Positions 1-9,303 of a stretch of 64,000 bases of DNA are shown here, piece after piece (positions within the stretch are counted from its first letter, which is position 1; each line of letters opens with the position of its first letter). Source of the DNA: an uncultured Acidobacteriota bacterium (GTDB taxonomy: Bacteria; Acidobacteriota; Terriglobia; Terriglobales; Acidobacteriaceae). The position numbers were made by a program, and so were the translations under genes. Under the pieces are notes generated by a model, which was not told where the DNA came from, did not search any database, and saw nothing but the letters and a program-made list of their open reading frames with translations. Location: NCBI GenBank assembly GCA_963826925.1, contig CAWGYX010000009.1, positions 15,899 to 79,898 on the forward strand, read 5' to 3'.

Positions 1-144
1 ACGTGACGGTAGCCACTGTGCGCGAGTTGACGGATCCGACCACGAAGGACAAAGTACACAACCACGTGGTTTGACACCTGGCGATTCGTGGACGGCAAAG
101 CTGCCGAGCATTGGGACTGCGCCGAAAAGGGTCGCCGGCCCTAG
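1..144 (+). CDS. 3' end of an NTF2/SnoaL-like small protein (partial; 5' end outside window)
   Basis: Hand translation ends ...FDTWRFVDGKAAEHWDCAEKGRRP* (TAG 142-144), a SnoaL-like C-terminus. The preceding VTVATVRELTDPTTKDKVHNHVV is in another frame, so there is one indel near 68-72. Confidence 0.35.
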
Positions 145-655
145 AACGTCTGGCGCATCAGTTTCGTAATTCGCTTCGCCAGATCGTTGGTGACGCCCAG
201 GTTTTCGCCGAAGAATCGCACTCGGCCGGTGATTTTTTGGTCCAATAGCGTGCTGGCCGTCGCGAGTGGTCACGGTGGCGATGACGTCCACCTTGGTGGC
301 GCCAAACACTGTGGTCGAACTCGCGTTTGGTTTGGCTGCCTTGCTTTGAAGGTCATCCACTTTGGTGTGCAGCGTGACCAGGTCCGGAATACCATCGGCT
401 GCGCGATCGCCGCTGCGATACACCTTTTGAAAAGCTGCCGGAGGCGCGCACGCTGCGTCCAACAGTTGCTCGTAGACGGCGAAACGAAACTCGGCTGGGA
501 TCGCAATATCGCCCACTTCGACCATTGCCGATCTGGATGGCGGAAGCAGCCAAGCTTCGGCTTCGGCGAGCGCTTTGAGCAGGGACCATTCCCGGCGCGG
601 TATTGCCAGCAGGGAACAGAGAGCAAGGAGAACGAATGGCGGCGCGGCTACTCAT
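141..655 (-). CDS. hypothetical protein with N-terminal hydrophobic segment (frame-disrupted)
   Basis: ATG at 655 overlaps the upstream stop (ATGAGTAG). The plausible protein ...PFVLLALCSLLAIP...AEFRFAVYEQLLDAA...TKVDVIATVTTRDGQHAIGPK|ITGRVRFFGENLGVTNDLAKRITKLMRQTF* needs one indel just after the start and one surplus A in the A-run near 225. Confidence 0.4.
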
Positions 656-1152
656 GGCTTGCCACCCTCAATGAGTGGCTTTCGACTGGACTGGCGTGCG
701 CGCCCGCCTGGACCAGTTGCGTGCGCATCTGGGAAGCTTGCGCAAGGGGAAGCGCGAAGATGGCGCCATGCAGGCCGCCGTCCGGAATCGTGAAACGATA
801 CCGTCAGGATATCCACTTTGGTGCGCATCAAAATGGTCAGCGCTTTCCCGCTCTCAAAGGGCGCCGCCATAGCTGCCGTTTTTACGATGCGCCCGGTCTT
901 GCCGCCGCTCTGCGTGATCTCCGTGCCGATGAAAATGTCGTCAATGGACGCGACCGGCACCTTTTCCTCGGCCTTGCTCGTCTTGAACCACAAAGCGCCG
1001 TCCCGAACGGTCAGCGTACCCGCTGCGTTACGTTTAATAGGTTCCAGGCCGATAACATGGCGGACACTTGGGTTTGCCGCGGTACTGGGCGATTGCGCCC
1101 ATGCCGAGCCGGCGGCGGCCACGGCAACGAGAATTCTGACTATTGGCTTCAC
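648..1152 (-). CDS. secreted hypothetical protein (signal peptide; one frame break near 775)
   Basis: ORF 652..1152 starts MKPIVRILVAVAAAGSAWA|QSP. After ...ILTVSFHDS the sensible continuation (LHGAIFALPLAQASQMRTQLVQAGAHASPVESHSLRVASHE*) is in the next frame and stops at 648-650. Confidence 0.45.
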
Positions 1153-1243
1153 AGCTTCCTTCTTCCCTTTTGACTGGCTCCGGTGAGATCAAGGCTACCA
1201 CGTTGCCAACCGAAGCGGTTGCCAAACGGTACAATCGATTCCT

Positions 1244-2717
1244 ATGAAGCAACCGCCATCGTCGATTTTGTTAGCCGTGTTTTTCGCATCCCGGCTGTTT
1301 TCACAGGAGCCGGAGACGCGCTTGAATCCCACGGTGCAACAGATCGCCGGCTCCATTAGCGAGGAGCGCATTGCGGCCACGCTCAAGAAGCTGGAAGGCT
1401 TCGGAACGCGCTACGTGCTCTCGGCGCAGGACGACCCCATCCACGGAATCGGCGCTGCCAAGCGCTGGATTCACGATCAGCTGCAGAGCTACAGCCCTTT
1501 GCTGCAAGTGAACTATCAGGACTTCAGCATCAAGAAGGGCGGGCGGCGCGGCCAGATTATTCGCGACGTCGAAGTTTCGAATATCGTTGCCGTGCTGCCC
1601 GGCACGATCCAGAAAGACCGCTATGTGCTTGTCACGGCGCACTACGATTCGCTGGCGCAGGTGTGGAAGCCCTATACCGGCGAAGAACAGAGGATTGCCG
1701 AGTCGGTTCGGCAAGGCATCGACGAGACCGAAGCACGCCGCTATTGGAAGATCGTTCCGCCGGAACGCAAGCGCGGCCCGCTGGATTTTGAAGCCACTGC
1801 CGCCGGGACCGTGGCGCCGGGAGTTACTGACGACGGCAGTGGAACGGCGGCGGTGATGGAGCTGGCCCGCGTGATGAGCGCATATCGATTTGACAAGACC
1901 ATCGTCTTCATCGCGTTCGCGGGCGAAGAAGTGGGATTGACCGGGAGTCAGGTGTATGCGGCGCAGGCCAAGAAAGACGGTATGCAAATCGAGGCCGTGC
2001 TGAACAACGACATCATTGGCAGCGATGTTTCCGGCAACGGGCGGTCGGCGACGAACGTTTTGCGCGTCTTCTCCGCGAGTCCCGACGATTCCGAGGCGCG
2101 TGAGTTGGCGCGCTACACCAAACTGATCGCGGAGCGCTATGTGCCATCCATGCAGGTCCAGATGGTGTTTCGCGGCGATCGATTTCTGCGCGGTGGCGAC
2201 CATACGCCGTTCGTCAATCAGGGATTCGCGGCCGTGCGTCTCACCAGCGCGAGCGAGAACTACGACAACCAGCACACCACCACGGACACTTTCGCGAATA
2301 CCTCCGTTCCGTACGCGACGCGCGCGGCTCGAATGAATGCCGCGGTGCTGGCGAGCCTCGCTTTGGCGCCCGCGCCTCCGGTGCTCAATTGGACCTGGGC
2401 GTCCGGGCCGGACAAAGGCGGGCATCGTGCCGATGCTGACGCGCGGGAAGTCGGGGTACGACGCGGTGCTGCACTGGTTGCCGAATTCCGAGCCGGATCT
2501 GGCGGGTTACGCGGTGATGGTGCGTTCCACCACGTCGCCGGTTTGGGAGCGCGAAATCTGGGTGGGCAACGTGACCAGCTACACCATGCCGGACGTTTCC
2601 ATCGACGACCTGGTGATCGGCGTAAAGGCCGTGGATCGCGACGGGAATCAGAGCGTGGTGTCCTGCTATCGAGAGCCGGTGCTGCCGGGATCGCTCACGC
2701 CGGCTGAGAAGAAGTAG
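1244..2717 (+). CDS. M28-family metallopeptidase (aminopeptidase) with C-terminal FN3-like domain
   Basis: ORF 1244..2707 carries a signal peptide and the M28 motifs VTAHYDS, TDDGSGTAAVMELARV, FAGEEVGLTGS and NNDIIGS. One surplus base at about 2417-2422 shifts into the ORF 2337..2717 frame (GIVPMLTRGKSGYDAVLHW...LAGYAVMVRSTTSPVWE...). Confidence 0.85.
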
Positions 2718-3144
2718 CGCTCGTGCCGCGCAGAAGCGATCGAAGGCTTGGGTCAGCAGCTTGGCGATTTCGATGGGTTCGCGCCGCTCGATATCGCTCC
2801 GATGAATCATATACACCGGCTTTCCATCTTGAAAGAGAGCCATGCGAGGGCGAAGACGGCGGATAGTCGGACAAGATGTTGCGCAGGTGAGCCACGGCCG
2901 CCTCGTCGCCGCCGGCGAAGACCGAAGCAACTTTGGCGGGTCGCACGGAATGTTTCAGCGCCATGCCGACGGCCGGTCGTGCGCGTCCCGCGGCGCAACC
3001 GCACACCGAGTTTACAATCATGAGAACCGCGCCACTATCGGGCGAAAGAAGCCGGTCGACATCGGCGGGCGTACGAGCCTCCTCGACACCGTGCCGGGTA
3101 AGATCGGCGCGCATGGGAGCGATGAGAACTTCGGAGTAGGCCAC
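2695..3144 (-). CDS. bacilliredoxin (YphP/YqiW, DUF1094 family) thiol-disulfide oxidoreductase
   Basis: The NSVCGCAAGRARPA redox motif and overall collinearity match Bacillus YphP as I recall it. The frame switches near 2850 into the ORF 2385..2930 frame (SSPSMALFQDGKPVYMIHRSDIERREPIEIAKLLTQAFDRFC...). The true stop is not resolved (2695-2720). Confidence 0.7.
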   Translation of the reverse strand: MAYSEVLIAPMRADLTRHGVEEARTPADVDRLLSPDSGAVLMIVNSVCGCAAGRARPAVGMALKHSVRPAKVASVFAGGDEAAVAHLRNILSDYPPSSPSHGSLSRWKAGVYDSSERYRAARTHRNRQAADPSLRSLLRGTSATSSQPA

Positions 3145-3179
3145 GAATCGATTTTAGCAGGTGGTCGCGTGAAAAAAGA

Positions 3180-3560
3180 TCAGGCGCCGGGCCGATTCTT
3201 CAGGAACGTCGTGGTGGACTCGAAAAACGATTGCAGTATTTGGCGAGGCTCGGCCGGGAGCGCTGCTTCGTCCAGCGCGCGGGTCATCAGCTGGAGCCAG
3301 CGGTCGCGCGCCGCTTGTCCGATGGCGAAGGGCGCATGGCGGATGCGCAGCCGGGGATGGCCGCGCTGTTCGATGTAGGTCTGCGGACCGCCGAAACGGC
3401 AGATGAGGAAATCGCGGAGCCGTTGCCGCGCGCCTTCCAGATCCTGCGCCGGGTACATCGGCCCGAGAACGTCGTCGCTGGGAACCTGGCGATAAAACGC
3501 GTCGGCAAGGCGCTCGAATCCGTCTTGGCCGATGGCGGAATAAACGTGTTGCTCTTCCAC
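3180..3560 (-). CDS. group II truncated hemoglobin (trHbO-like)
   Basis: Intact 126-aa ORF. Globin-coupled signature: FYRQV..DDVLGPMY...RLRDFLICRFGGPQTYIEQRGHPRLRIRHAPFAIGQAARDRWLQLM. Confidence 0.8.
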   Translation of the reverse strand: MEEQHVYSAIGQDGFERLADAFYRQVPSDDVLGPMYPAQDLEGARQRLRDFLICRFGGPQTYIEQRGHPRLRIRHAPFAIGQAARDRWLQLMTRALDEAALPAEPRQILQSFFESTTTFLKNRPGA

Positions 3561-3656
3561 TGCAAATCGATCCTAGCAGGCTTGCGGGTTTAGACTGGAG
3601 AGGTCAGCGGGAGGCGCCGCACACGTGCCATCCCGGCCTGCGTTGGGTAAATCGCC

Positions 3657-3978
3657 ATGAAGAAAAAGATGCCGCTGGCCAAGAAGCCTCTTCCTGAAGT
3701 TTCATTCGGACCAGGCCGCAGCGGAGTATTTCGAAACTCATTCGGTAGCTGAATTATGGGATCAAGTTCTTGAGGAGAAACAAGCCAAGCCTTCCGCGGC
3801 TTTGAAGAAATTGATCCAGGAACGACACGCCAAAGCAAAATCTCCCGTATCGATCCGGCTCGTCCCTGAGCAGATTGAGGCAGCGAAAAAAATCGCGGCA
3901 ACGAAGTCGGTCGGCTACCAAACACAATTGCGAATGTGGATTGCTGAAGGTATACGCCGCGAAGTGAAGCGTTCCTGA
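3657..3978 (+). CDS. CopG/BrnA-type antitoxin (ribbon-helix-helix C-terminus), no adjacent toxin
   Basis: Not in the ORF track because it is split. MKKKMPLAKKPLPE|FHSDQAAAEYFETHSVAELWDQV...KSPVSIRLVPEQIEAAKKIAATKSVGYQTQLRMWIAEGIRREVKRS*. Length is 322 nt (3n+1), so one surplus base near 3700. The FxSEEEAAEFWETHD...ISIRL...GxGYQT pattern fits the CopG_antitoxin family as recalled. Confidence 0.55.
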
Positions 3979-4015
3979 AGGTTAAATTCCGGGCCGAGCG
4001 CGCTAGAAGTCAACG

Positions 4016-5061
4016 CTACGCGGGCAACTTCGCTTCCACCCACGCCCGGATCGCGTCGAACACCTGCCGGTTGTTGGTCTCCAGCATCATGAAGTGCCCA
4101 TTGCCGAGAATGCCCTTGTCCTTGAGCTGCAGCTCTTCGGCATCGCAGCCGGCCTGCTTCAGGAACGCGACCACCGGCGGACCTTGCGTGCGGCCCGACG
4201 ACTGCCGCCGTCACCATCACGATCGGAATGCCTTGCAGGTTTTTCAGCTTGCGCGCGGGCTCGGCCTGCAGCTTGTAGGCGGGTGCGATGCCGGATGCGG
4301 CGACGTCGCGCGTGGCGATCTCCTTGGGATCGGACACCGGCGGATCGTACACCAGCGGAATGTCCGTCAGTCCCCAGGCCGCGCCGAAGCCGAACGGCAT
4401 CCCCGCGCCTTCCACGTTGACGATCGCCTTCACCAAATTCGGCCGCTCATTCGCCACCAGCCAACTGAACGGACCGCCCGCCGAATGCACCTGAATGATG
4501 GCCGGCCCGATCTTGTCGAGCATCTCGGCGCCTCGGCTGGCCCACAACTTGTGCGCCATCACGTTGTCGGCAGGCGTCGAATTTTGTCCGGCCTGGAAGT
4601 GATCCACCAGCGGATCGCCCGCATCGCCCGTGCCCATCCAGCGCCGGTTCGGATTGTTGGCCGCACGCATGAAATCGCCGGTGACGGTGTCGAACGTCAG
4701 CAGCGGACCGATGGGACCCAGCGCATCCGGATGATACGGCGCGCGCCCATGGCCCTGCCGATCCACCAGATAAACCTTGTAGCCTTCCTGCAAATAGTAG
4801 TGGACCCAGCCGGGCTTGCCGTTGCCGAGGCCCATGTAATGCGTGCCCTGGCCGCCGCCTCCATGCACCAGCACCACCGGATATGGATGGCGAACCTGCG
4901 CGGGAAACAAATACTGCACGTACATTTGCCCCGCGACGATGTTGCCGTAGGGCATCTTCTTCGCTTCCGTGCCCAACCCAGAAGTGGCCCTGCTCGGACA
5001 GCTTCAACGCGACCGCTTCCGGATTCTTCCTGACGGGCGCGGGCTTCCGGCGTGCGCGAGA
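4016..5061 (-). CDS. alpha/beta hydrolase, copy B of a tandem pair (no own signal peptide or start resolved)
   Basis: ORF 3915..4976 gives GHFWVG|TEAKKMPYGNIVAGQMYVQY..HPYPVVLVHGGGGQG...VHSAGGP...VEGAG. After IPIVMVTAA the frame shifts to ...FLKQAGCDAEELQLKDKGILGNGHFMMLETNNRQVFDAIRAWVEAKLPA* (stop at 4016-4018). Confidence 0.7.
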
Positions 5062-6247
5062 GACGTTCTTGTCCATCCAATCGAGGATCGGCTGCAGCAC
5101 CTCGCGATTGTTTTTCTCCACCATCATCATGTGGCCGTTGCCGTGGACGCCGTGCTGCGCCAGGCGCAATTCTTCCGCCGTGCAGCCGGCTTGCTTCAGA
5201 AACGCGAGCGCGCCCGGAGCGCCGGGCGATGCGAACGACGCTTCCGAAGTGACCAGCACAATCGGAATGCCCCTGCAAGTTTTTCAGCTTGCGCGCGGGC
5301 TCCTCTTGAATCTGATAACGGACCGACGCCCGGCTCGGGCGACGGCATCTCCCTGGTCTTGAATTCGGACGGATCTTTCACCGGCGGATCGTAGGTCATC
5401 GGGATGGTGGTGATGCCCCACTTGCTGGCTTGCGGGCCTTTGCCGAAAGGCGTGCCCGCGCCTTCCACCACGACGATGCCTTTCACCAAAGTGGGCCGCA
5501 CTTCCGCCACCAGATAGCCGAAGGGTCCGCCGGCCGAGTGCGTCATGATGATCGGCGGGCCCGATCTTGTCGAGCAGTTCGGCGCCGCGCTCGCGCCATG
5601 CGGTGTGGGTGATCTCGATGTTCGCGACGTACGATCCGCCCTGCGACGCCACCAACTGCGCCAGATCGGCCGACGCCCACTTCGCCCGTGCCGGGCCACT
5701 GATTGTGCAGCTTCGCCAGGCCAAGGCCCGTTGGATCGGGCCGCTTGGCGCGCTGCGGCGTGAACATGCTCGAGATCTGATCGAGCGTGATGTTCTGCTG
5801 CGGGAACGGACCGTCGAGATCGGGATGATACGGCGAGCGGCCATGGCCGGGCCGATCCACCACGTACACCTTGTAGCCTTCCTGCACCAGCAGCGTGGCC
5901 CATCCGGGACGGCCGTCGGGACAGCACATCCAGTCCGTGCCCTGCCCGCCTCCGCCGTGCACCAACACGATAGGGTAAGGATGTTTCACCACTCTAGGAA
6001 TCTGGTACTCGACGTACATCTGTTTGCCGTTGATGACGGTGCCGCGCGGGATCTCGGCTTTTTCCACGCCCACCCAAAAGAAGCTCCACTCCGTGAGATC
6101 GATGGGGGCATCGGCGCCGCGGCTTCGGCCGTCGTGCCGGTTTGAGCGTCCAGTTCGGAATCGGCGCTCAAAGCGCCCAGAACCGATAGCGCGCCCGTCG
6201 CCATGGTGGCGAAATCGCGGCGGGTAAGTTCATTCTCGTGTTGGCAT
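5062..6247 (-). CDS. Tat-secreted alpha/beta hydrolase, copy A of a tandem pair (multiple frame breaks)
   Basis: ATG 6247 has an AAGGAG RBS. MPTRE|NELTRRDFATMATGALSVLGAL is a twin-arginine signal. Then WSFFWVGVEKAEIPRGTV..HPYPIVLVHGGGGQG...THSAGGPFGYL...VEGAGTPFG...IPIVLVTSEASFASPGAPGALAFLKQAGCTAEELRLAQHGVHGNGHMMMVEKNNREVLQPILDWMDKNV, pieced from ORFs 5986..6366, 5543..6073, 5196..5927 and 4447..5259. Confidence 0.7.
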
Positions 6248-6300
6248 GCAGGAGGCTCCTTGTGGTAGTACTCAGATGAGCATATAAGAAAACCCATGCT

Positions 6301-6900
6301 GTGGAAAACCGGGAAGGAATTCGAGCGCCTCCGCCGTCCAATCCAGCAGCATGGTGTTGGACGCAAACGATCGTGAGCGTGATCGAAGCCTGCCAGCGCG
6401 GGGATGCCGATGCCTTCCGTGCGCTGTTCGAGACTTACAAGGACCGCGTTTATTCCATCGCGCTGCGCTATTCGGGCAATCCGGCGGCGGCCATGGACAT
6501 CGCGCAGGACACTTTCTTAAAGCTGCTGTCGCGCATCGGCGACTATCGCTCTGAGGCCAGCTTCGATTCCTGGCTGTACCGGCTGGTGGTGAATAGCTGC
6601 ATCGACGACCAGCGGCGCGGACGCCGGATGACGCCGTTCCTGGATGGTTTAGCTGGATGCGGTTCGCGCGCCGGCCGAAAGCGTGTTGCACAAGCTGATG
6701 CGCGCCGAAACGGAGCAGCGCGTGCAGGACGTGGTGGCGCGCCTTGCGCCGGAACATCGCATCGTGATCGTGCTGCGCTATACCGAAGGGTTGTCGTACG
6801 ACGAGATCGCGAAGATTCTGAATGCTCGCCGGGCACCGTGGCGTCGCGGTTGAATCGCGCGCACAAGATCCTGGAGCGGAGGTTGTCGCGGTGTCGATGA
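6301..6900 (+). CDS. ECF (group IV) sigma-70 factor
   Basis: Region 2: AFRALFETYKDRVYSIALRYSGNPAAAMDIAQDTFLKLL...SFDSWLYRLVVNSCIDDQRR. Region 4, after two compensating frame switches: LAPEHRIVIVLRYTEGLSYDEIAKILN..PGTVASRLNRAHKILERRL. The exact start is uncertain. Confidence 0.8.
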   Translation: MENREGIRAPPPSNPAAWCWTQTIVSVIEACQRGDADAFRALFETYKDRVYSIALRYSGNPAAAMDIAQDTFLKLLSRIGDYRSEASFDSWLYRLVVNSCIDDQRRGRRMTPFLDGLAGCGSRAGRKRVAQADARRNGAARAGRGGAPCAGTSHRDRAALYRRVVVRRDREDSECSPGTVASRLNRAHKILERRLSRCR

Positions 6901-7452
6901 ATCATGGCTGGAGCCTGAGTTGCAACGCGGGTTGCGGCCTGTGACGCGCCGCCGGAGCTGTGGGATCGCGTGCAATCTCCTGCTCCCGCGCCTAACCGAG
7001 CCGCGCGCGTGAGCAAGCGGTTTTACCACGGGCTGCTCGCCGTCGCCGTCACTCTAGCGGTGGTGGCGTTATCTCTGGTTCGCCCGCCGGTGCGCCAGGA
7101 TTCGCAGCCGATCGCCTTTCATTGCCAGAATCCCGCACAACTGCGCGCCTGGGTCAAGGCCAACACAGGACTCGACGTGCCATTGCGGGGCGCACCTCCG
7201 GCATCCATTCAATTGATCGGAGCGCGGAACTTCGGAGCACGTAGCCAAGGCGAGCGCGTCGAGATCGCGTACCGGGCAGGGAATCGCGATGCGCTACTGC
7301 TGGTGGCGCGGGCGAACGGCGTACCGGACATGCCGCACAGCAACCTGACCGGCACAACTTCCTCTTGGGTCATGAATGGGCAGCGGTACACGCTCGCGTG
7401 CGATAATCCCGCCGATCTTCAACTCGCCTGCAAACTCTGCCATCTGGATTAA
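6897..7452 (+). CDS. putative anti-sigma factor (single TM, periplasmic domain of unknown fold)
   Basis: ATG overlaps the sigma stop (ATGA). There is one indel in the first ~10 codons, then ...PELWDRVQSPAPAP...RFYHGLLAVAVTLAVVALSLV (TM) and a 110-aa C-terminal domain (ORF 6970..7452). Confidence 0.5.
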
Positions 7453-7538
7453 TCCGGGCTGAATCCAACCGCCAACCGGTCTCATCGTATGGATTGTTGT
7501 CGAAAGCATTTCGTCAACACGACATCAAAGGGAGGCAC

Positions 7539-8291
7539 ATGGCAAGACTTACAGGTAAAGTGGCCGTTGTCACTGGCGCGTCGAAGGGGATTGGCGCGGC
7601 GATTGCGCAGGAGCTCGCGAAGGATGGCGCTTCCGTCATTGTTAATTATTCGATTAGCGCGCCAGGCGCGGAGGCGGTAGTAGCGAAGATCGAGGCCCAA
7701 GGCGGCAAAGCCAAGGCCGTTCGGGCGGATGTCAGCAAACCTGCCGAGGCGAAGCAGCTTATCGACGCGGCGGTATCCCAGTTCGGGCGAATCGACATCC
7801 TGGTAAACAATGCAGGTGTTTACGAATTCCTTCCGCTGCATCAGATCACCGAGCAACACTTCGATCGAATGTTCGATCTCAACGTCCGAGGATTGTTGTT
7901 CGCCACACAGGCCGCTGCCGCCGCCATTGGCGATCAGGGAGGTTCCATCATCAACATCGGCTCGATGGCCTCCCAGGCGCCCCCTCCGGGAGGTTCGGTA
8001 TATAGCGCAACGAAGAGCGCCCTGGATGCTATCACGCGAAGCCTGGCTGCGGAACTTGGCGCGAGGAAGATTCTCGTGAATGCCGTGCTGCCGGGTCCAG
8101 TGGAAACCGAAGGCGTTCAGTCGACGGTGGCCGATGGGGGTGGCGAGTTCATCGCTCAGCTCGTGAAACGGACGCCTCTAGGCAGGATTGGGCAGCCGCG
8201 CGACATCGCGACTGTAGTATCGTTTCTGGCTTCCGATGACGCCGGCTGGATTACCGGCGAGATCATTCCGGTTGCGGGCGGGCTGCGGTAA
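7539..8291 (+). CDS. short-chain dehydrogenase/reductase (FabG-like SDR)
   Basis: Intact, with RBS AAGGGAGG before ATG 7539. Motifs: TGASKGIGAAIA, NNAG, S-Y-x3-K (SVYSATKSAL) and PGPVETE. Confidence 0.9.
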   Translation: MARLTGKVAVVTGASKGIGAAIAQELAKDGASVIVNYSISAPGAEAVVAKIEAQGGKAKAVRADVSKPAEAKQLIDAAVSQFGRIDILVNNAGVYEFLPLHQITEQHFDRMFDLNVRGLLFATQAAAAAIGDQGGSIINIGSMASQAPPPGGSVYSATKSALDAITRSLAAELGARKILVNAVLPGPVETEGVQSTVADGGGEFIAQLVKRTPLGRIGQPRDIATVVSFLASDDAGWITGEIIPVAGGLR

Positions 8292-8613
8292 GCGTGTCAA
8301 CATCGAGCCTCCGCGGATAGTCTACGACGATCACCTGGCCGTCGCTCAGGGCCTTGACTGAATGGGGGGCGTTACCCGGCACGATTCCGACAACGCCCGC
8401 CCTGGCGATTTGGGCCAAGCCGTCGATGGTTAACTCCAGTTCGCCTTCGATCACCTCATAGACTTCTTCCTGAGGATGGAAGTGCTCGTGAATGGACGCG
8501 CCGCGCGTGAAGGAGTAATGCGAGAATGTCATGCTGGGCGAATGGAAATAGCGTCCGTGCCAGCCCGGCAGGCGCTCAACGACATTAAGGCTGTTGATAT
8601 CGACAAACGGCAT
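8263..8613 (-). CDS. cupin-domain protein
   Basis: Internal ATG 8613 of ORF 8263..9225. MPFVDINSL...GASIHEHFHPQEEVYEVIEGELELTIDG...GNAPHSVKAL is a classic two-His/Glu cupin motif. As the sequence stands it is read-through fused to the upstream DinB ORF. Confidence 0.7.
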   Translation of the reverse strand: MPFVDINSLNVVERLPGWHGRYFHSPSMTFSHYSFTRGASIHEHFHPQEEVYEVIEGELELTIDGLAQIARAGVVGIVPGNAPHSVKALSDGQVIVVDYPRRLDVDTLTAARPQPE

Positions 8614-8657
8614 AAGAACGTCCCCCACGGAGCAGTTTAACTCGCTGGGAAGCGCGC

Positions 8658-9183
8658 TTACAGCCGAACGCCGCGGTTCGCTACTGGGCGGGACCAGGCC
8701 CTCTATTCGCAGGTACGTCACAACGTTCCCGTAGTGCTCCATGGTATGAGATACGTTGAAATCAAGCATGCTGAGCCGGGTGATCTTTGCGCCCCCGAAG
8801 GCCGGAATCATTTCGGCCGCTTTCGCGTCGGTCATTCCCGCGTAGATGGCATCGCAATAGGCGAAGGCGGCTTTTAGCGCCGCCACGATATCGGCTTTGG
8901 TTTTGGCGGTCTGCTCAATCCCCTTCTCGTCATGTTTGCTTGCCGCCGCCCCGCAGAACTCATATTGTCCATCGGCGACGTGAGCCACCAGTTGTCCATA
9001 AGAACGCACGCTGTCGATGGGTTTGAACGTGTACTTATCTTCTGGCATTTTTTCTGCCGAGCGCAGGATGTCCTGCTTCGCATTCGAATAAAAAACCTTC
9101 GAACTCTCGACTAACGGATTGCTCGGCCCGGTTTGCGCCCAGGCACCGGATACCGCAAGAAGAAAAATGACTGGCCAACGCAC
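8658..9183 (-). CDS. DinB-family (DUF664-like) four-helix-bundle protein, secreted
   Basis: AGGAGG lies 9 nt before GTG 9183. Signal RWPVIFLLAVSGAWA|Q. Motifs: SYGQLVAHVADGQYEF...NVSHTMEHYGNVVTYLRIEGLVPPSSE. Removing one base near 8675 gives ...SERGVRL* with TAA at 8658-8660. Otherwise the ORF runs into the cupin gene. Confidence 0.6.
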
Positions 9184-9303
9184 GTGGTTTGTCCTCCTGA
9201 ATTCGTAAACGCTCCATATTACCAAGTCACGGAGGTTAGCAAATTCCCGCTGGTTGGCGCACGAGTTGCGCTCGCCGGCTTTCCCCCCGACCCCATCGGC
9301 GAG

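Noticed and set aside
1301-2425. Long antisense or shadow ORFs opposite real genes. Examples: 187..1173 +, 1301..2425 -, 4071..5033 +, 13189..14028 +, 20345..21373 -, 43134..44111 -, 52314..53144 +, 58088..59191 +.
   Set aside because: Their products are Arg/Ala/Gly/Pro-rich with no motifs, while the opposite strand encodes recognisable families. This is typical of stop-codon-poor antisense frames in high-GC DNA.
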